This document shows positions 8,801-18,310 of a stretch of 34,874 bases of DNA, one piece after another; the first letter of the stretch is position 1, and each line of letters begins with the position of its first letter. A program made the position numbers and the translations under genes. Location: NCBI GenBank assembly GCA_001275005.1, contig JWZX01001868.1:1-34874 (forward strand), written 5' to 3'. Source of the DNA: Chrysochromulina tobinii. Lineage: Eukaryota. The notes beneath the pieces are model-generated. The model saw only the letters and a program-made list of their open reading frames with translations, was not told where the DNA came from and did no database searches.

Positions 8801-10779
8801 AAAGGTCCACTGCGCGAAGTGACGCTCGGGACGGCGCTCGAGTCGGCGCAAGTGCGACGGCGTGCTGTGAAGGCGAGCTGTGAAGGCGTCGGCGGCGGCG
8901 AGGGCGGCAGAGAAGGCGGCGGAGGGTGAGCGCCACCTCGCGCCGTCCCGAGCGCCCCCCGGCTGGCCTCGTGGTAGGCGACGGCCGCGACGATCATCGC
9001 GCCGACGACGCTCACGGCGACCAGCACCGTGTGCACGGACGAGAACATGTAGATGAACGTGTCGGCAGCGATACCGGGCAGGCTCTCGAACCGCTCAGTA
9101 CGGCGCGCGAGGGCCTCGATCGCGCTGCGGTTGTACACTGTGGGGAAGGGGCGGCCGAGGCTGAAGTCGGGCACTAAGCCGGGGTACCGACGGCGCACGC
9201 GGGTGGTGTCGTGCCTGTGGGGGTGGGGGCGCCGTAATGAGCAATTGTATGCACGGCGGCTGGCGGAAGGGGAGGCCTTGCAGTGAGGGGGAAGCCTTAC
9301 AGGGAGGCGCCGTGGTGGCAAGAAAGAAGATGAGGGGGGCACTCAGCATGAACACTCCGCGCACCCAAATGGTGAGTCCTCGACCGCAGCTCGCAATCAA
9401 CACGCAATCAACACGCAATCAACGCAATCAACGCAATCAGCGCGCACCCAAATGGTGAGTCCTCGACCGCAGCTCGCAATCAACACGCAATCAACATGCA
9501 ATCAGCGCAATCAACGCAATCAGCGCGCACCCAAATGGAGAGGCCTCGACCGCAGCTCGCAATCAACACGCAATCAACACGCAATCAACGCAATCAGCGC
9601 GCACCCAAATGGCGAGTCCTCAACCGCAGCTCGATGGACTGGCCGTTGCTGAAGCACCTGTGGGGAAGAGGGCGCCGTGCTGAGCACCCGCAGGCAGGCA
9701 GGCAGCTCGATGGACGGGCCGTTGGCGGCGCCGTGCGGAGCACCTTGAAGCCGATCGCGAGGCGCCACTGGTCGGGTTGCAACGCGTGGCTGTCGGTCCT
9801 GTGGATCTCCACCTGTGGGGAAGCGAGGACGCCGTGGTGAGCGTTTGCATGCAAAGGTCGGGTTGCAACGCGTGGCTGTCGGTCCTGTGGATCTCCACCT
9901 GTGGGGAAGCGAGGACGCCGTGGTGAGCGCTTGCATGCAAAGGTCGGGTCGCAACGCGTGGCTGTCGGTCCTGTGGATCTCCACCTGCGAGATCGCGGTC
10001 ATCAGCGCCCATCAGCGCCCATCAGAGGCCATCAGGGGCTATCAGGGGTCATCAGAGGTCATCAGAGGTCATCAGCGGCAATCCGATACCATCTGTGGCC
10101 ATCAGAGGCCATCAGTCGCAATCAGTGGCAATCAGTGGCCATCAGTGGCCATCAGTGGCAATCAGAGGCAATCAGTCTCTCCACCTGCTTGAGTACGAGC
10201 GCATCCCCCGACTGCAACGGCACCTGTGGGGAAGCGATAGGGAAGCGAGGGCGCCGTGGTGAGCACTTGCATGCGTCTGAGCGCATCCCCCGACTGCAAC
10301 GGCACCTTGATCGCCCGTGGCGTGTGAACGCCTCTCAAGGTGGCGCGTGCGCGGGGGGGGACCCATCCCAAGATGCCCTTGGCAGAGAGACGCACAGCCT
10401 GCAATCAAGGACGCACTCGGAGTGCATGCAATGAGGGACGCAATCAGCGGCACTCAGTGGCACGCAGAGGCACACAGAGGCACTCCGAGGCCATCGAGAG
10501 GAGCGGATGCGCCGTCTCGAGCACTCGGGGGCACTCAAGGGCTATCAGAGGCCATCGAAGGCCATCGAAGGCCATCGAGAGGAGCGGGTGCGCCGTCTCG
10601 AGCACCTCTTCCGGCGAGTGAAGCGGCTGCGTGCTCGAAAAGTTGGCGCCCGCTGCGCCGAAACGAGCCGCGTAGCACGCGTCGTACCTGTGAATAATCA
10701 AAGGTCATCAGAGGTCATCAGAGGTCATCAGTGGCAATCAGAGGTCATCAGCGTCGTGCCCATGTTCTCCAAGGCACTC
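5881..10779 (-). CDS. Multi-exon gene, apparently 5'-incomplete: 2OG-Fe(II)-oxygenase-like C-terminal motif, one TM helix, and a beta-propeller-like (TIGR03032/DUF4915-like) C-terminal domain
   Basis: Phase-consistent manual model: exons 10779-10760, 10687-10594, 10223-10185, 9812-9744, 9657-9605, 9214-8362, 8108-7993, 7753-7584, 7425-6911, 6735-6660, 6344-6216, 6125-5881 (TAA); optional in-frame exon 10398-10306. Translation includes VPLQSGDALVLKQVEIHRTD...WRLAIGFKV, TM VLVAVSVVGAMIVAAVAY, and CHNPLFYRGQVLYLLSQIGGLG...WFTKGLMVVDDVAYFGAA. Most exons are missed by the ORF track. Confidence 0.7.
6350..6443. repeat. Intronic 23-bp tandem repeat, 4 copies (CACGCGGGCGGACGAGGTTGAAT)
   Basis: Directly visible, next to the acceptor at 6345-6347 (minus strand). 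It is followed by 10-bp and 12-bp satellites up to ~6650. Confidence 0.95.
6736..6773 (-). mobile_element. Intron 3'-end cassette copy (introner-like)
   Basis: gcatgcgcatgctcaccacggcgccccttccccacag, preceded by a ~40-nt degenerate copy of the next exon's head. Confidence 0.7.
8109..8141 (-). mobile_element. Intron 3'-end cassette copy (introner-like)
   Basis: catgtgctcaccacggcgccctttccccacag; a partial second copy lies at ~8163-8182. Confidence 0.7.
9215..9252 (-). mobile_element. Degenerate intron 3'-end cassette copy
   Basis: gcatacaattgctcattacggcgcccccacccccacag; supplies the acceptor of exon 9214-8362. Confidence 0.55.
9359..9632. repeat. Intronic ~73-84-bp tandem repeat made of an exon tail, its donor and a CGCAATCAA satellite
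   Basis: The block CGCACCCAAATGG..GTCCTC.ACCGCAGCTCG (exon 3' end plus GT donor on the minus strand) occurs four times, separated by 9-11-bp satellite units. Confidence 0.9.
9658..9695 (-). mobile_element. Intron 3'-end cassette copy (introner-like)
   Basis: gcctgcgggtgctcagcacggcgccctcttccccacag, ending the 86-nt intron 9743-9658. Confidence 0.65.
9770..9987 (-). repeat. 86-bp tandem unit: three copies of a 46-nt CAG+exon-head block alternating with two copies of the cassette
   Basis: Head copies at 9770-9815, 9856-9901 and 9942-9987; cassette bodies at 9816-9855 and 9902-9941. Confidence 0.95.
10224..10274 (-). mobile_element. Intron 3'-end cassette copy with an internal duplication
   Basis: gcatgcaagtgctcaccacggcgccctcgcttccctatcgcttccccacag, preceded by an exact 27-nt copy of the exon head GTGCCGTTGCAGTCGGGGGATGCGCTC. 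Confidence 0.75.
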
Positions 10780-10931
10780 CTTGGTCATCAGTGGTCATCA
10801 GTGGTCATCAGTGGTCATCAGTGGTCATCAGTGGTCATCAGTGGTCATCAGAGGCAATCAGAGGCAATCAGAGGCAATCAGAGGCAATCAGAGGCAATCA
10901 GAGGCAATCAGAGGCAATCAGAGGCAATCAG
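10700..10931. repeat. Intronic 10-bp satellites (GTGGTCATCA)n switching to (GAGGCAATCA)n
   Basis: Directly visible; the unit changes abruptly at ~10850. Confidence 0.95.
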
Positions 10932-10941
10932 AACTCCTCAC

Positions 10942-12494
10942 CTGTCCGCCGACCGGCGGCAGCTTCGCATGCAATTTGAGGATCGTGTCGAGATGTCCCG
11001 TGTCGAGCAGCCGGTCAGCTTCGTCGAGCACGAGGAACTGCGAGGGCGAGAGAGAGGGGGAGGAGTGAGTCGAGAGAGAAGAAAACGATCGCAGTCAGAA
11101 GCACTCAGACACTAGAGACGCAAACAGAGGCGCAATCAGAGGCAATCCGAGGCGCAATCAGAGGCAATCCGAGGCGCAATCAGAGGCAATCCGAGGCGCA
11201 ATCAGAGGCAATCCGAGGCGCAATACGAGGCGCAATCAGGAGAGATCGCACCTGGACCCCCGAGAGCACGAGCTTGCCCGAGCTCACCAAATCCCACACG
11301 CGCCCGGGCGTGCCACATACAATGTCGACGCCTGCGCGCAACCGCTTGAGCTGCGGACCTGGATCCACGCCACCTGAGAGGCAATCAGCGGCAATCGGCG
11401 GCAATCGGCGGCAATCAGCGGCAATCAGTGGTAATTCGTGGCGCAATCAGCTCCACCCCACCGGTAAGGAGGGCAGCCTCGAGGCGCGGCTCGGCGAAGT
11501 AACGGCTGAATTGGGCCACGCACTCGTGCACCTGCTCGCACAACTCCCTTGCGGGCTCAAGGATCAGGGCAGTCGGTATGCGCCCCTCGCCATCAGCACC
11601 GCCGCCACCGCCGCCGCCGCCGCCGCTACCGGCAGCGGCAGCGGCGTCCCTGCTGCTAGAGGTGGCGGCCGAGTTGGTGGCCGCGTGTTCGGGAGCGATC
11701 GCGTCGAGAGCATGCGCGCCGCCGGGGAGGCAGTTTCCATAAAAGGGTCGAGCGCCCAAGTTGATGCGCACCGCGGCGCCCTTGAGGCAAATCGCGGGGA
11801 AGAGCGCCGTGCCCTTGAGCGTCGGCGGCACCGAGAACGCTTCTCCGAGGCTCACGCCGTTCTTGTAGAAGGCCATCGAGCCGATCTCGCGATCGAGCTC
11901 GCAGCCGATCACGTCGCCGCGCGCGTACGAGTCTCCGTAGTCGACGAACTGGTTGCCGTTGGACTTCTTGCCGGTCCCCCCAAAACCGAAGCCCATCTTG
12001 TCGGTGCCGAGCGCGAGCTTGGCCGAGAGGGTGGCCCATCCGACACGGCAGAGCCCATCGCCCAGCTGCTCCACCTCGTAGTAGTAACGGCCGCCCGTCA
12101 CGCCCACGCCCGCCCGCCCGCCCGCCCACGCCTGCGCGGCCCCACACGAGCACTCGAGCCCTTGCGCGCTCACCTGAAGCAGACCGTCGCGATCGCTGCC
12201 GAAACCTATGCCACCCGCGGCCTGCGCGCGTGCGGCCGCCGCCGCGAGCGCAGCGATCTTTGGCTGCGATGAGGCGGCTGCCTGCTCGCGCAGTGCCTCG
12301 TGGCAGATCTGGAGAACGGGCAGTGCAAAGGCCCCCGTCTTGCCGCTGCCCGTCTCGGCGGCAGCCATGACGTCGCCGCCGCCGAGGATTAAGGGGATCG
12401 CCTCCTGCTGCACGGGCGTGGGGAGGAGCCAGCCGAGGTCTTCGACTGCGCGCACAATCGGCGCGTCGAGGCCAAGCTCGGCAAAGGCTGCCAT
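10942..12494 (-). CDS. DDX1: DEAD-box RNA helicase DDX1, N-terminal half only (Q motif, Walker A, SPRY insert, motifs Ia-II)
   Basis: Exons 12494-11462, 11373-11252, 11037-10942. MAAFAELG...[35 protein letters not shown], the SPRY insert characteristic of DDX1 (GRYYYEV...CRVGW...[11 protein letters not shown]), [23 protein letters not shown]. No motif III or HelicaseC exons found downstream. Confidence 0.92.
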
Positions 12495-12742
12495 GTGCGG
12501 CAAAGACTCCGAAGAATTTTGCTGCGTGCCTGCGTGAACGCAGCTGTGAACAATTTTTCCAAAAACTTTCCAGGTTTAGGACACAGCTGAATCTCTAAGG
12601 ACGCGTCGCCATGGGCGTTTCACATGAGGTTTCTGCAACAAGAAATGGTCGAGTCGTCGGGCGTATCCCCCCGACACGTAGCGGCGCCATTAGGCTCTGT
12701 ACACGCGCCCTCCTTCTCGCGCCTTTCTCGCGGCCGGCACAC

Positions 12743-14194
12743 ATGGATGCCTTCGTTTGGAGGCGTGAAGGCCCATGGTGGCTAGAAGGAAGCCGCGCAG
12801 CCTCTGCAGTGGCCTCCATACCCGCGCCTGTGACTCCCGTGCTTGCGTCGGTGCCGAGCCGCGTGGCCTCCATCGTGGCGTCTGCTGTCATCCCCGCATC
12901 CAGCACACCCGTGCGCTGCGGCGAGCTGCTTTGCCAACACGACTCGTACGCTCGTACGCTGGACACCGTGGTCGTCTCTTGCGAGCCCAAGGCGGCTCAA
13001 GAGGCTGCAGCCAAGGGCAAGAAGAAGGGCGGTGCCGAGGCTGTGCCGGCTGAGCAGCTTTGGGACGTGGTGCTCGGCAACACGGTCATCTTTCCGGAGG
13101 GTGGAGGCCAGCCGAGCGATTGCGGCACCGTCGGCGGCGTGCCGTGCCTGCGCGTCGACAACGTCGACGGGCTTGCGAAGCACGTGCTCACCGCGCCGCT
13201 CGCGCCCGGTACGCCCGTGACCGTCGCCGTCGAGTGGGCGCGGCGCGAAGACCACATGGCCCAACACTCGACGCAGCACCTCGTCACGGCCATCGCCCTC
13301 AAGAAATGGGGCTACGAGACCACTTCATGGGGCCTCGGCGAACAGACTTCCTTCCTTGAGCTCGGGACCCCCGAGTTCACGTCGGCGCAGATGATGGAGC
13401 TCGAGACAGCGGCGAATGAGGCGGTCAAGGCCGGCACGCCGGTCACCCCCTCGTGGCACTCGGTCGTCGCGGTCAACGAGGGCGCCGTCGCCGGCCTGCG
13501 CAAGTCGTCAAAGGCACTACCGCCGAGCGTCACGGGGCCCGTCCGTGTCGTGTCCTTCGAAGGGATCGACACGAACACATGCTGTGGCACCCATGTGCAG
13601 AACACTGCACGGCTGCAAGCAATCAAGCTGCTCCGCGTCGAGCGTGTCGGCAACAAGGGCGCGTGCCGTGTCCACTACGTCGCCGGCGGACGCGTGGTCT
13701 CGTACCTTGGAGGCGTCTACGAGCGTGCAAGCGCCCTCGCTAGCCGAATGAACGTGCCAATCGAGTCGATGCTCGAGCGCTACGAGGAGAATGCGAGGAA
13801 GGCCCTCGAGCACGAGAAGGCGTCCAAGGCGCTCGCGCTCGAGGTCGTCGGCCTCCTCGCAGAGGGTCTCCTCCAGAGGCTCACCGCGGGCGAGAAGGCG
13901 GTGCTCGTGCGCCGCGCGGCCGCCGACGCCGATTTCGTCAAGGCGCTCGCGACGGCGCTGGACGAGACGCTGGCGGCGAAGCAGGCGCTGCTGCTCGTGG
14001 TGGTCGGCGAGGGCGAGGGCGAGGGCACCTTCACCCTCGCTGGGCCGCCGGCACTGGTTGACGTTGCCAGTGGCGCGGTGGCCCAGGCGCTCGATGGGCG
14101 CGGCGGCGGCAAGGGCGGCCGCTACCAAGGGAAGTGCCAAAAGCTCGCGGGCGCCTCGGAGGCTCTCGCGGCTGCGGTGGCAGCTTTGGCGTGA
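12743..14194 (+). CDS. AARSD1: Alanyl-tRNA editing protein AlaX (AARSD1-like) with a C-terminal DHHA1 domain; in-frame upstream ATG at 12611
   Basis: TVIFPEGGGQPSDCG, zinc ligands HSTQH and CCGTHV, C-terminal GGGKGGRYQG. Intronless and head-to-head with DDX1. Confidence 0.9.
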   Translation: MDAFVWRREGPWWLEGSRAASAVASIPAPVTPVLASVPSRVASIVASAVIPASSTPVRCGELLCQHDSYARTLDTVVVSCEPKAAQEAAAKGKKKGGAEAVPAEQLWDVVLGNTVIFPEGGGQPSDCGTVGGVPCLRVDNVDGLAKHVLTAPLAPGTPVTVAVEWARREDHMAQHSTQHLVTAIALKKWGYETTSWGLGEQTSFLELGTPEFTSAQMMELETAANEAVKAGTPVTPSWHSVVAVNEGAVAGLRKSSKALPPSVTGPVRVVSFEGIDTNTCCGTHVQNTARLQAIKLLRVERVGNKGACRVHYVAGGRVVSYLGGVYERASALASRMNVPIESMLERYEENARKALEHEKASKALALEVVGLLAEGLLQRLTAGEKAVLVRRAAADADFVKALATALDETLAAKQALLLVVVGEGEGEGTFTLAGPPALVDVASGAVAQALDGRGGGKGGRYQGKCQKLAGASEALAAAVAALA

Positions 14195-15340
14195 CACCGG
14201 GCACGCTTGAGGCACGCTGAGAAGTCCACGGGCAGCTTGACTCACTGCTCGTCGGCTCGCGTGTGGGTATGCGTTCGATCTCGTTTCTCGAGCCGTACGT
14301 GTGCGGAGACCGCGCATTGGTGTGCCCCTCTAGTGCCCCTCGTCTAAGGCGCGCGCGTCGTCGATGAGCAGTGGGGTGCGGCGGCAAATCGATGGTGTGC
14401 ATGGCCTTAGGCGGGGGGCCGCGTAGCGGGGGGGATCAGGAGGCACAGGCCGACACGCGAGGGATGCACCGCCGAAAAACTCGACTTCGAGGCACCTCGG
14501 GGAGTTCGAGTTGCGAGGAACGGAAGCGACTAGCACTAGGGGTTCACGGTCTGTAAATTGACGTAAGTTGTGCTCCGAAATAGGGGTGATGGGGGAAAGT
14601 TCAACGGACAACGCTGGTCATCCTAATCGAAACCACAGATGTTATTACACGACACGAATCGTTAACCGTAAATCAAACGGGACGAAAATGTACCGCTATA
14701 ATCGCCAAAACGTGTCAAAACGTGTCCATCTGCCATCATTTCATGTGTGGTTATAATCCTGGGACTTATCTGAAAATAATCATATTAAATGCGGGCAAAT
14801 CCGCTACCGCGATAGCTGGCGTCGGAAGAGCAAGGAGGTGGCTCGAGAGATGGACCCAAAGCTGGGCGTTTTCTGACCCGTTCATCGGCCCGTTCACCCT
14901 GCAGTGCGAACAGCGCCGGCGACAGGTCGGACATCGTGCGGCTTCACGATTGTGCCCTCAAGAAGCAACGTATAGCACCCCCGAGCCCCGTTATTCTCCT
15001 TGGACCTTGGAACTTGCTCAGATATCAACAGATAGCCATTTTAAACATTTTTAGCATCGGCCCAGGCCGCGTTGGTCCACAGGGATTACTCGGTGCGAGC
15101 TGCGAGGCCGCCGCGTTGTCGTTTTTTCTTCATGCGTGTCGTTGCACCCAACTTTGGCTCCAAAAATAGCGTGAAATAAGTGAAACGACATTCTCCCCAA
15201 AACGCACTCGGAGCGAGCTTTCTCGCGGTCCTCACGGTCTTCGTTGCAGGGCTCTTCCTGCCTCCCGTCTGCAGCCTGGTTCTGTGCTGCTTCTTAGTGC
15301 GTCAGCGTGCGTTCAACACCTCCACAATCAGCACCTGACC

Positions 15341-16516
15341 ATGTGGAAAGAGGACTACCAAAGAAATTTGCCGCCGGCGCTGACGCTGATGAAGCAGTGG
15401 CCCCAACCAAGTGCGCCACTATCATCGAGCCTCTCGAGAGAAGACCGAGCCTCTCGAGAGAAGATCGACCAGGCCACGCCAGGTCCACTCGAGACTGGAG
15501 AACCTTCCACGATGCCGCAGACTTCCATATCACCCAAGTTCGAAGAGCCGGACGTGCTTGCCACCTTGATCCGCAACGCAACAACACCACCGAGGATCCA
15601 CAAGTCAGTTCCAACGAGCTCCAGGAGCACGAAAATTGAAGCTCAGAGCGCTACCAAGGCGACACCGAGGAAGCAGGTCGCCAGCCAGGAAGCGACCGGA
15701 GAGAAAAAGACTCCAAGACGTGCAACCTCGGCGCGGCGGCTTCGGCCCGCAGGTGCGACGAGTGCCAGCGCACGCAGCAGTGGCAGGAAGAATTCAGCCA
15801 ATTCATCGCGCCGCTCAGAATCAGGAGAGTCTTCTGAGCGGATTGTGTGGCCAACAGACGCTGAGTATTCATCGCGCTTCAAGAAGCAGTCTTCCTTTAA
15901 TTCGCCGCCAGAGAGTACTTACGGTGCAGGGTTGACGTCGAGGGACCCACACTTGGCTGAGGAGAGGAAACCGTATGGTAGCCATTTGCGCACGGCGGGC
16001 AATTACTCCAACATCGTGCATCCCTTTGGCAGTGCCGTGCCTCGATTTGAGGCGTGGGATCCGAGGCGCGCCTCCTTTGGTGGCGGGGCCTCGAGTGGCG
16101 GGGACAGGCATCCACCTGGTAATGGGACCGGGAGCCGCTTTATGCGTTCTTCGTCTTCGGCGCCCAGCTTGAGCAACCAGCAACCAGAGTGGGACAGCAC
16201 ACCGAGCTACTCAAGGCCGAATGCGCTGCAGGGGCTCAGGCTCTACAAGGCAAACGAGGCGTGGGCGAGGGACGAGATTCTCTATCAATTGCGAGGGGGG
16301 AGATCCTCGAATTACTGGTCAGACTACCACGGAATGTTCGATGTCCCTGGCTTCAGCCAGCTCTCACCTAATCGCGTCTTCAATTGGGAACTGCGTAAGA
16401 CAGACTACTTGGGGCGATGGAACAATAAGTTCGTCGAGACCGGCTCGCAGCTGGGTGGAATGAGAGAGAGCGGAGTGGGCGGTTACGATCGCTTCGACGG
16501 CAACCCCTTTACTTGA
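15341..16516 (+). CDS. Uncharacterised Ser/Arg-rich protein with an aromatic-rich C-terminal region (start uncertain)
   Basis: ~390-codon ORF in a region of moderate GC. No recognisable domain. Confidence 0.65.
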   Translation: MWKEDYQRNLPPALTLMKQWPQPSAPLSSSLSREDRASREKIDQATPGPLETGEPSTMPQTSISPKFEEPDVLATLIRNATTPPRIHKSVPTSSRSTKIEAQSATKATPRKQVASQEATGEKKTPRRATSARRLRPAGATSASARSSGRKNSANSSRRSESGESSERIVWPTDAEYSSRFKKQSSFNSPPESTYGAGLTSRDPHLAEERKPYGSHLRTAGNYSNIVHPFGSAVPRFEAWDPRRASFGGGASSGGDRHPPGNGTGSRFMRSSSSAPSLSNQQPEWDSTPSYSRPNALQGLRLYKANEAWARDEILYQLRGGRSSNYWSDYHGMFDVPGFSQLSPNRVFNWELRKTDYLGRWNNKFVETGSQLGGMRESGVGGYDRFDGNPFT

Positions 16517-17084
16517 GAGTGCTAATAGCATCGCAGAGTTGGGCAGGGAAGCCGAGCGCGCCCAGCCGTGTCCATGGTGCATGGAGGACCGATCTTGAGC
16601 GTACATCTACAAACTACAGCATGTGGTCTTCGGAAACCACCACATTCCAGGAGGCTGCAACAGGTTCGAAGTCGCGCCTCACCGCGCGACGGTAGTTTTC
16701 TGGGCGGCCGTCTCGCAACCGTTTTGGATTTCGTGAAGACTGAAGTGAGGGCTGATCTTGTAGTTATTACGTAAATTTTTCGTCTTCGGGCCCGGGACGC
16801 GCGCCGGATGTGGGGGTTCGCGGGACGGGACGATTATATGACGGTGTGGAGCCGTTGGGCGTTACGTCGTTAGTCGTTGGGTGTGGGCTCTTCGTACGGT
16901 ACTTCGAACTCGACGTACGACGACTCGGTCTCGCCGGCTCCCAATGTTACGGATTCCCCTGTGTGCCGTACGCGCAGACATCGATCGACAAAATAAGACC
17001 GCTCCAATACTCCGCGGAGTGCCACGCATGAGCCATGACGAATCATGCGCGCAATTTGGCCCTGCCCCCTGGGGGGAGCGTGCT

Positions 17085-18179
17085 CTATGCCTTCTTGGTT
17101 TTGCTGACGTGTGTCTGGTAGTCCGGCGTCAGATGTGCGGTGAGAGCTGTCAGAAGGGCCATCGTGTTGTACCCAAGGAGCTGGATCACGAGCCGCAGCC
17201 CCACGCTCACACCGCCCAAGTCCGCGACGATTGCTCCGCGTCCAATGTGGCTGAGGAACTTTTGGGGAAGCACCTCCGGCCCAGAGGCGAACTTGTAAAA
17301 GGCGGCCATGGCCTCGATCTTGCGCTGCTGGACCTGGTTGCCTCCGCCGGCGGTGAAGCGGCTGTTGACAGGCGAGGGGTGGATAGAGTGCACGTGGATT
17401 CCACGCGGCCTCGCTTCGCAAGCGAGGCTGGCGGCAAAGGCCGAGACGCCCGACTTGGTGGCGCCGTACATGACGGCGAATGGGTTGGGGATATACGATG
17501 CGGAGGAGGAGGTAAAGACGATGCAGCCGCGGAGCTGTTTGGCGAGCATGCGCTCGTAGAAAAAGTGGCTCAGCCAGATGTTCGACGTCAGGTTGCAGTG
17601 CAGATTTGCGAGGTGCGCGCCAACGGCATTCTGCTCAAACATGCCAGTAAGGATGTAGCCAGCATTGAGGAAGACGCACTGGACATCGTTGTCGCCGACC
17701 GCGGCCTTGACGCCCTCCATCCACACGCCAGTCCCGTCCGAAAGATTCGCATTCACACGAACTACCTTGCGTGACGGGAACTGCTGCGACAGCTCCGCGA
17801 CGGTGTCGCCGAAGAGGGGCTCGTCGCGGGCAACGAGGATCACGTCGAGCTCCTGCTTGAGCAAGGTGCGCGCAAGCTCCTTGCCGATGCCACTGGACGA
17901 ACCGGTCACAAGCGCCCACTTGGCGCCGTACTTTTTCTTCAGATTTTGGCTGGGGAGCAGCATTGGAATCACGCTGTTCAGCACAAAGTACGCAACCGGC
18001 GCGAAGCCCAACACGCAGAGCCAGAAGGTGGAGGACGTAAGGAGACAGACTAACTGGTCGAGCGTACTCAGGAGTATCGGCTGCACCACAGCCCACGCGT
18101 CGATGGCTGACAAAAAGGCGGAGGCCAACGTATCGGGCGGCGGCGACGGTGGTGGTGGCGGCGGCGCCCTGAAAAACAT
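17085..18179 (-). CDS. Short-chain dehydrogenase/reductase, 17-beta-HSD/ketoacyl-CoA reductase-like, membrane-anchored
   Basis: N-terminal hydrophobic segment, KKYGAKWALVTGSSSGIG, NAG, catalytic S...YGATK. Confidence 0.9.
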   Translation of the reverse strand: MFFRAPPPPPPSPPPDTLASAFLSAIDAWAVVQPILLSTLDQLVCLLTSSTFWLCVLGFAPVAYFVLNSVIPMLLPSQNLKKKYGAKWALVTGSSSGIGKELARTLLKQELDVILVARDEPLFGDTVAELSQQFPSRKVVRVNANLSDGTGVWMEGVKAAVGDNDVQCVFLNAGYILTGMFEQNAVGAHLANLHCNLTSNIWLSHFFYERMLAKQLRGCIVFTSSSASYIPNPFAVMYGATKSGVSAFAASLACEARPRGIHVHSIHPSPVNSRFTAGGGNQVQQRKIEAMAAFYKFASGPEVLPQKFLSHIGRGAIVADLGGVSVGLRLVIQLLGYNTMALLTALTAHLTPDYQTHVSKTKKA

Positions 18180-18310
18180 TGGGCAAAAATTACGTGTGCT
18201 GTTTCAGATCGCAATCTCGAAACGTCGATAGGATGTCGAGCCACACAATGTGGGGAAAACTAGTAGAAGGGCCAAGCTGACCTGTGCGACGCGTCGCAAA
18301 ACTCACGGTC

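Noticed and set aside
9137..9157. Cassette-like sequence CGGCCGCCCCTTCCCCACAG inside exon 9214-8362
   Set aside because: It lacks the GCATGC/CTCAC half and any flanking duplication, and reads in frame as GRPFPT. It may be chance or a cryptic acceptor, so it was not counted as a copy.
9770..9987. Repeat-spacer-like array suggesting CRISPR
   Set aside because: The apparent spacers are near-identical to each other, the repeats are exon copies, there are no cas genes, and the context is eukaryotic.
11274..12272. Long antisense ORFs (also 287-1045, 13517-14317, 16881-17774, 20439-21359, 24997-25827, 28049-28891)
   Set aside because: Shadow ORFs opposite well-supported genes, expected with high GC3 codon bias. 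They carry no domain signatures.
14200..15280. Possible gene or ncRNA in the AT-richer spacer
   Set aside because: Only short ORFs without coding-like composition, and no recognisable tRNA, rRNA or snRNA motifs.
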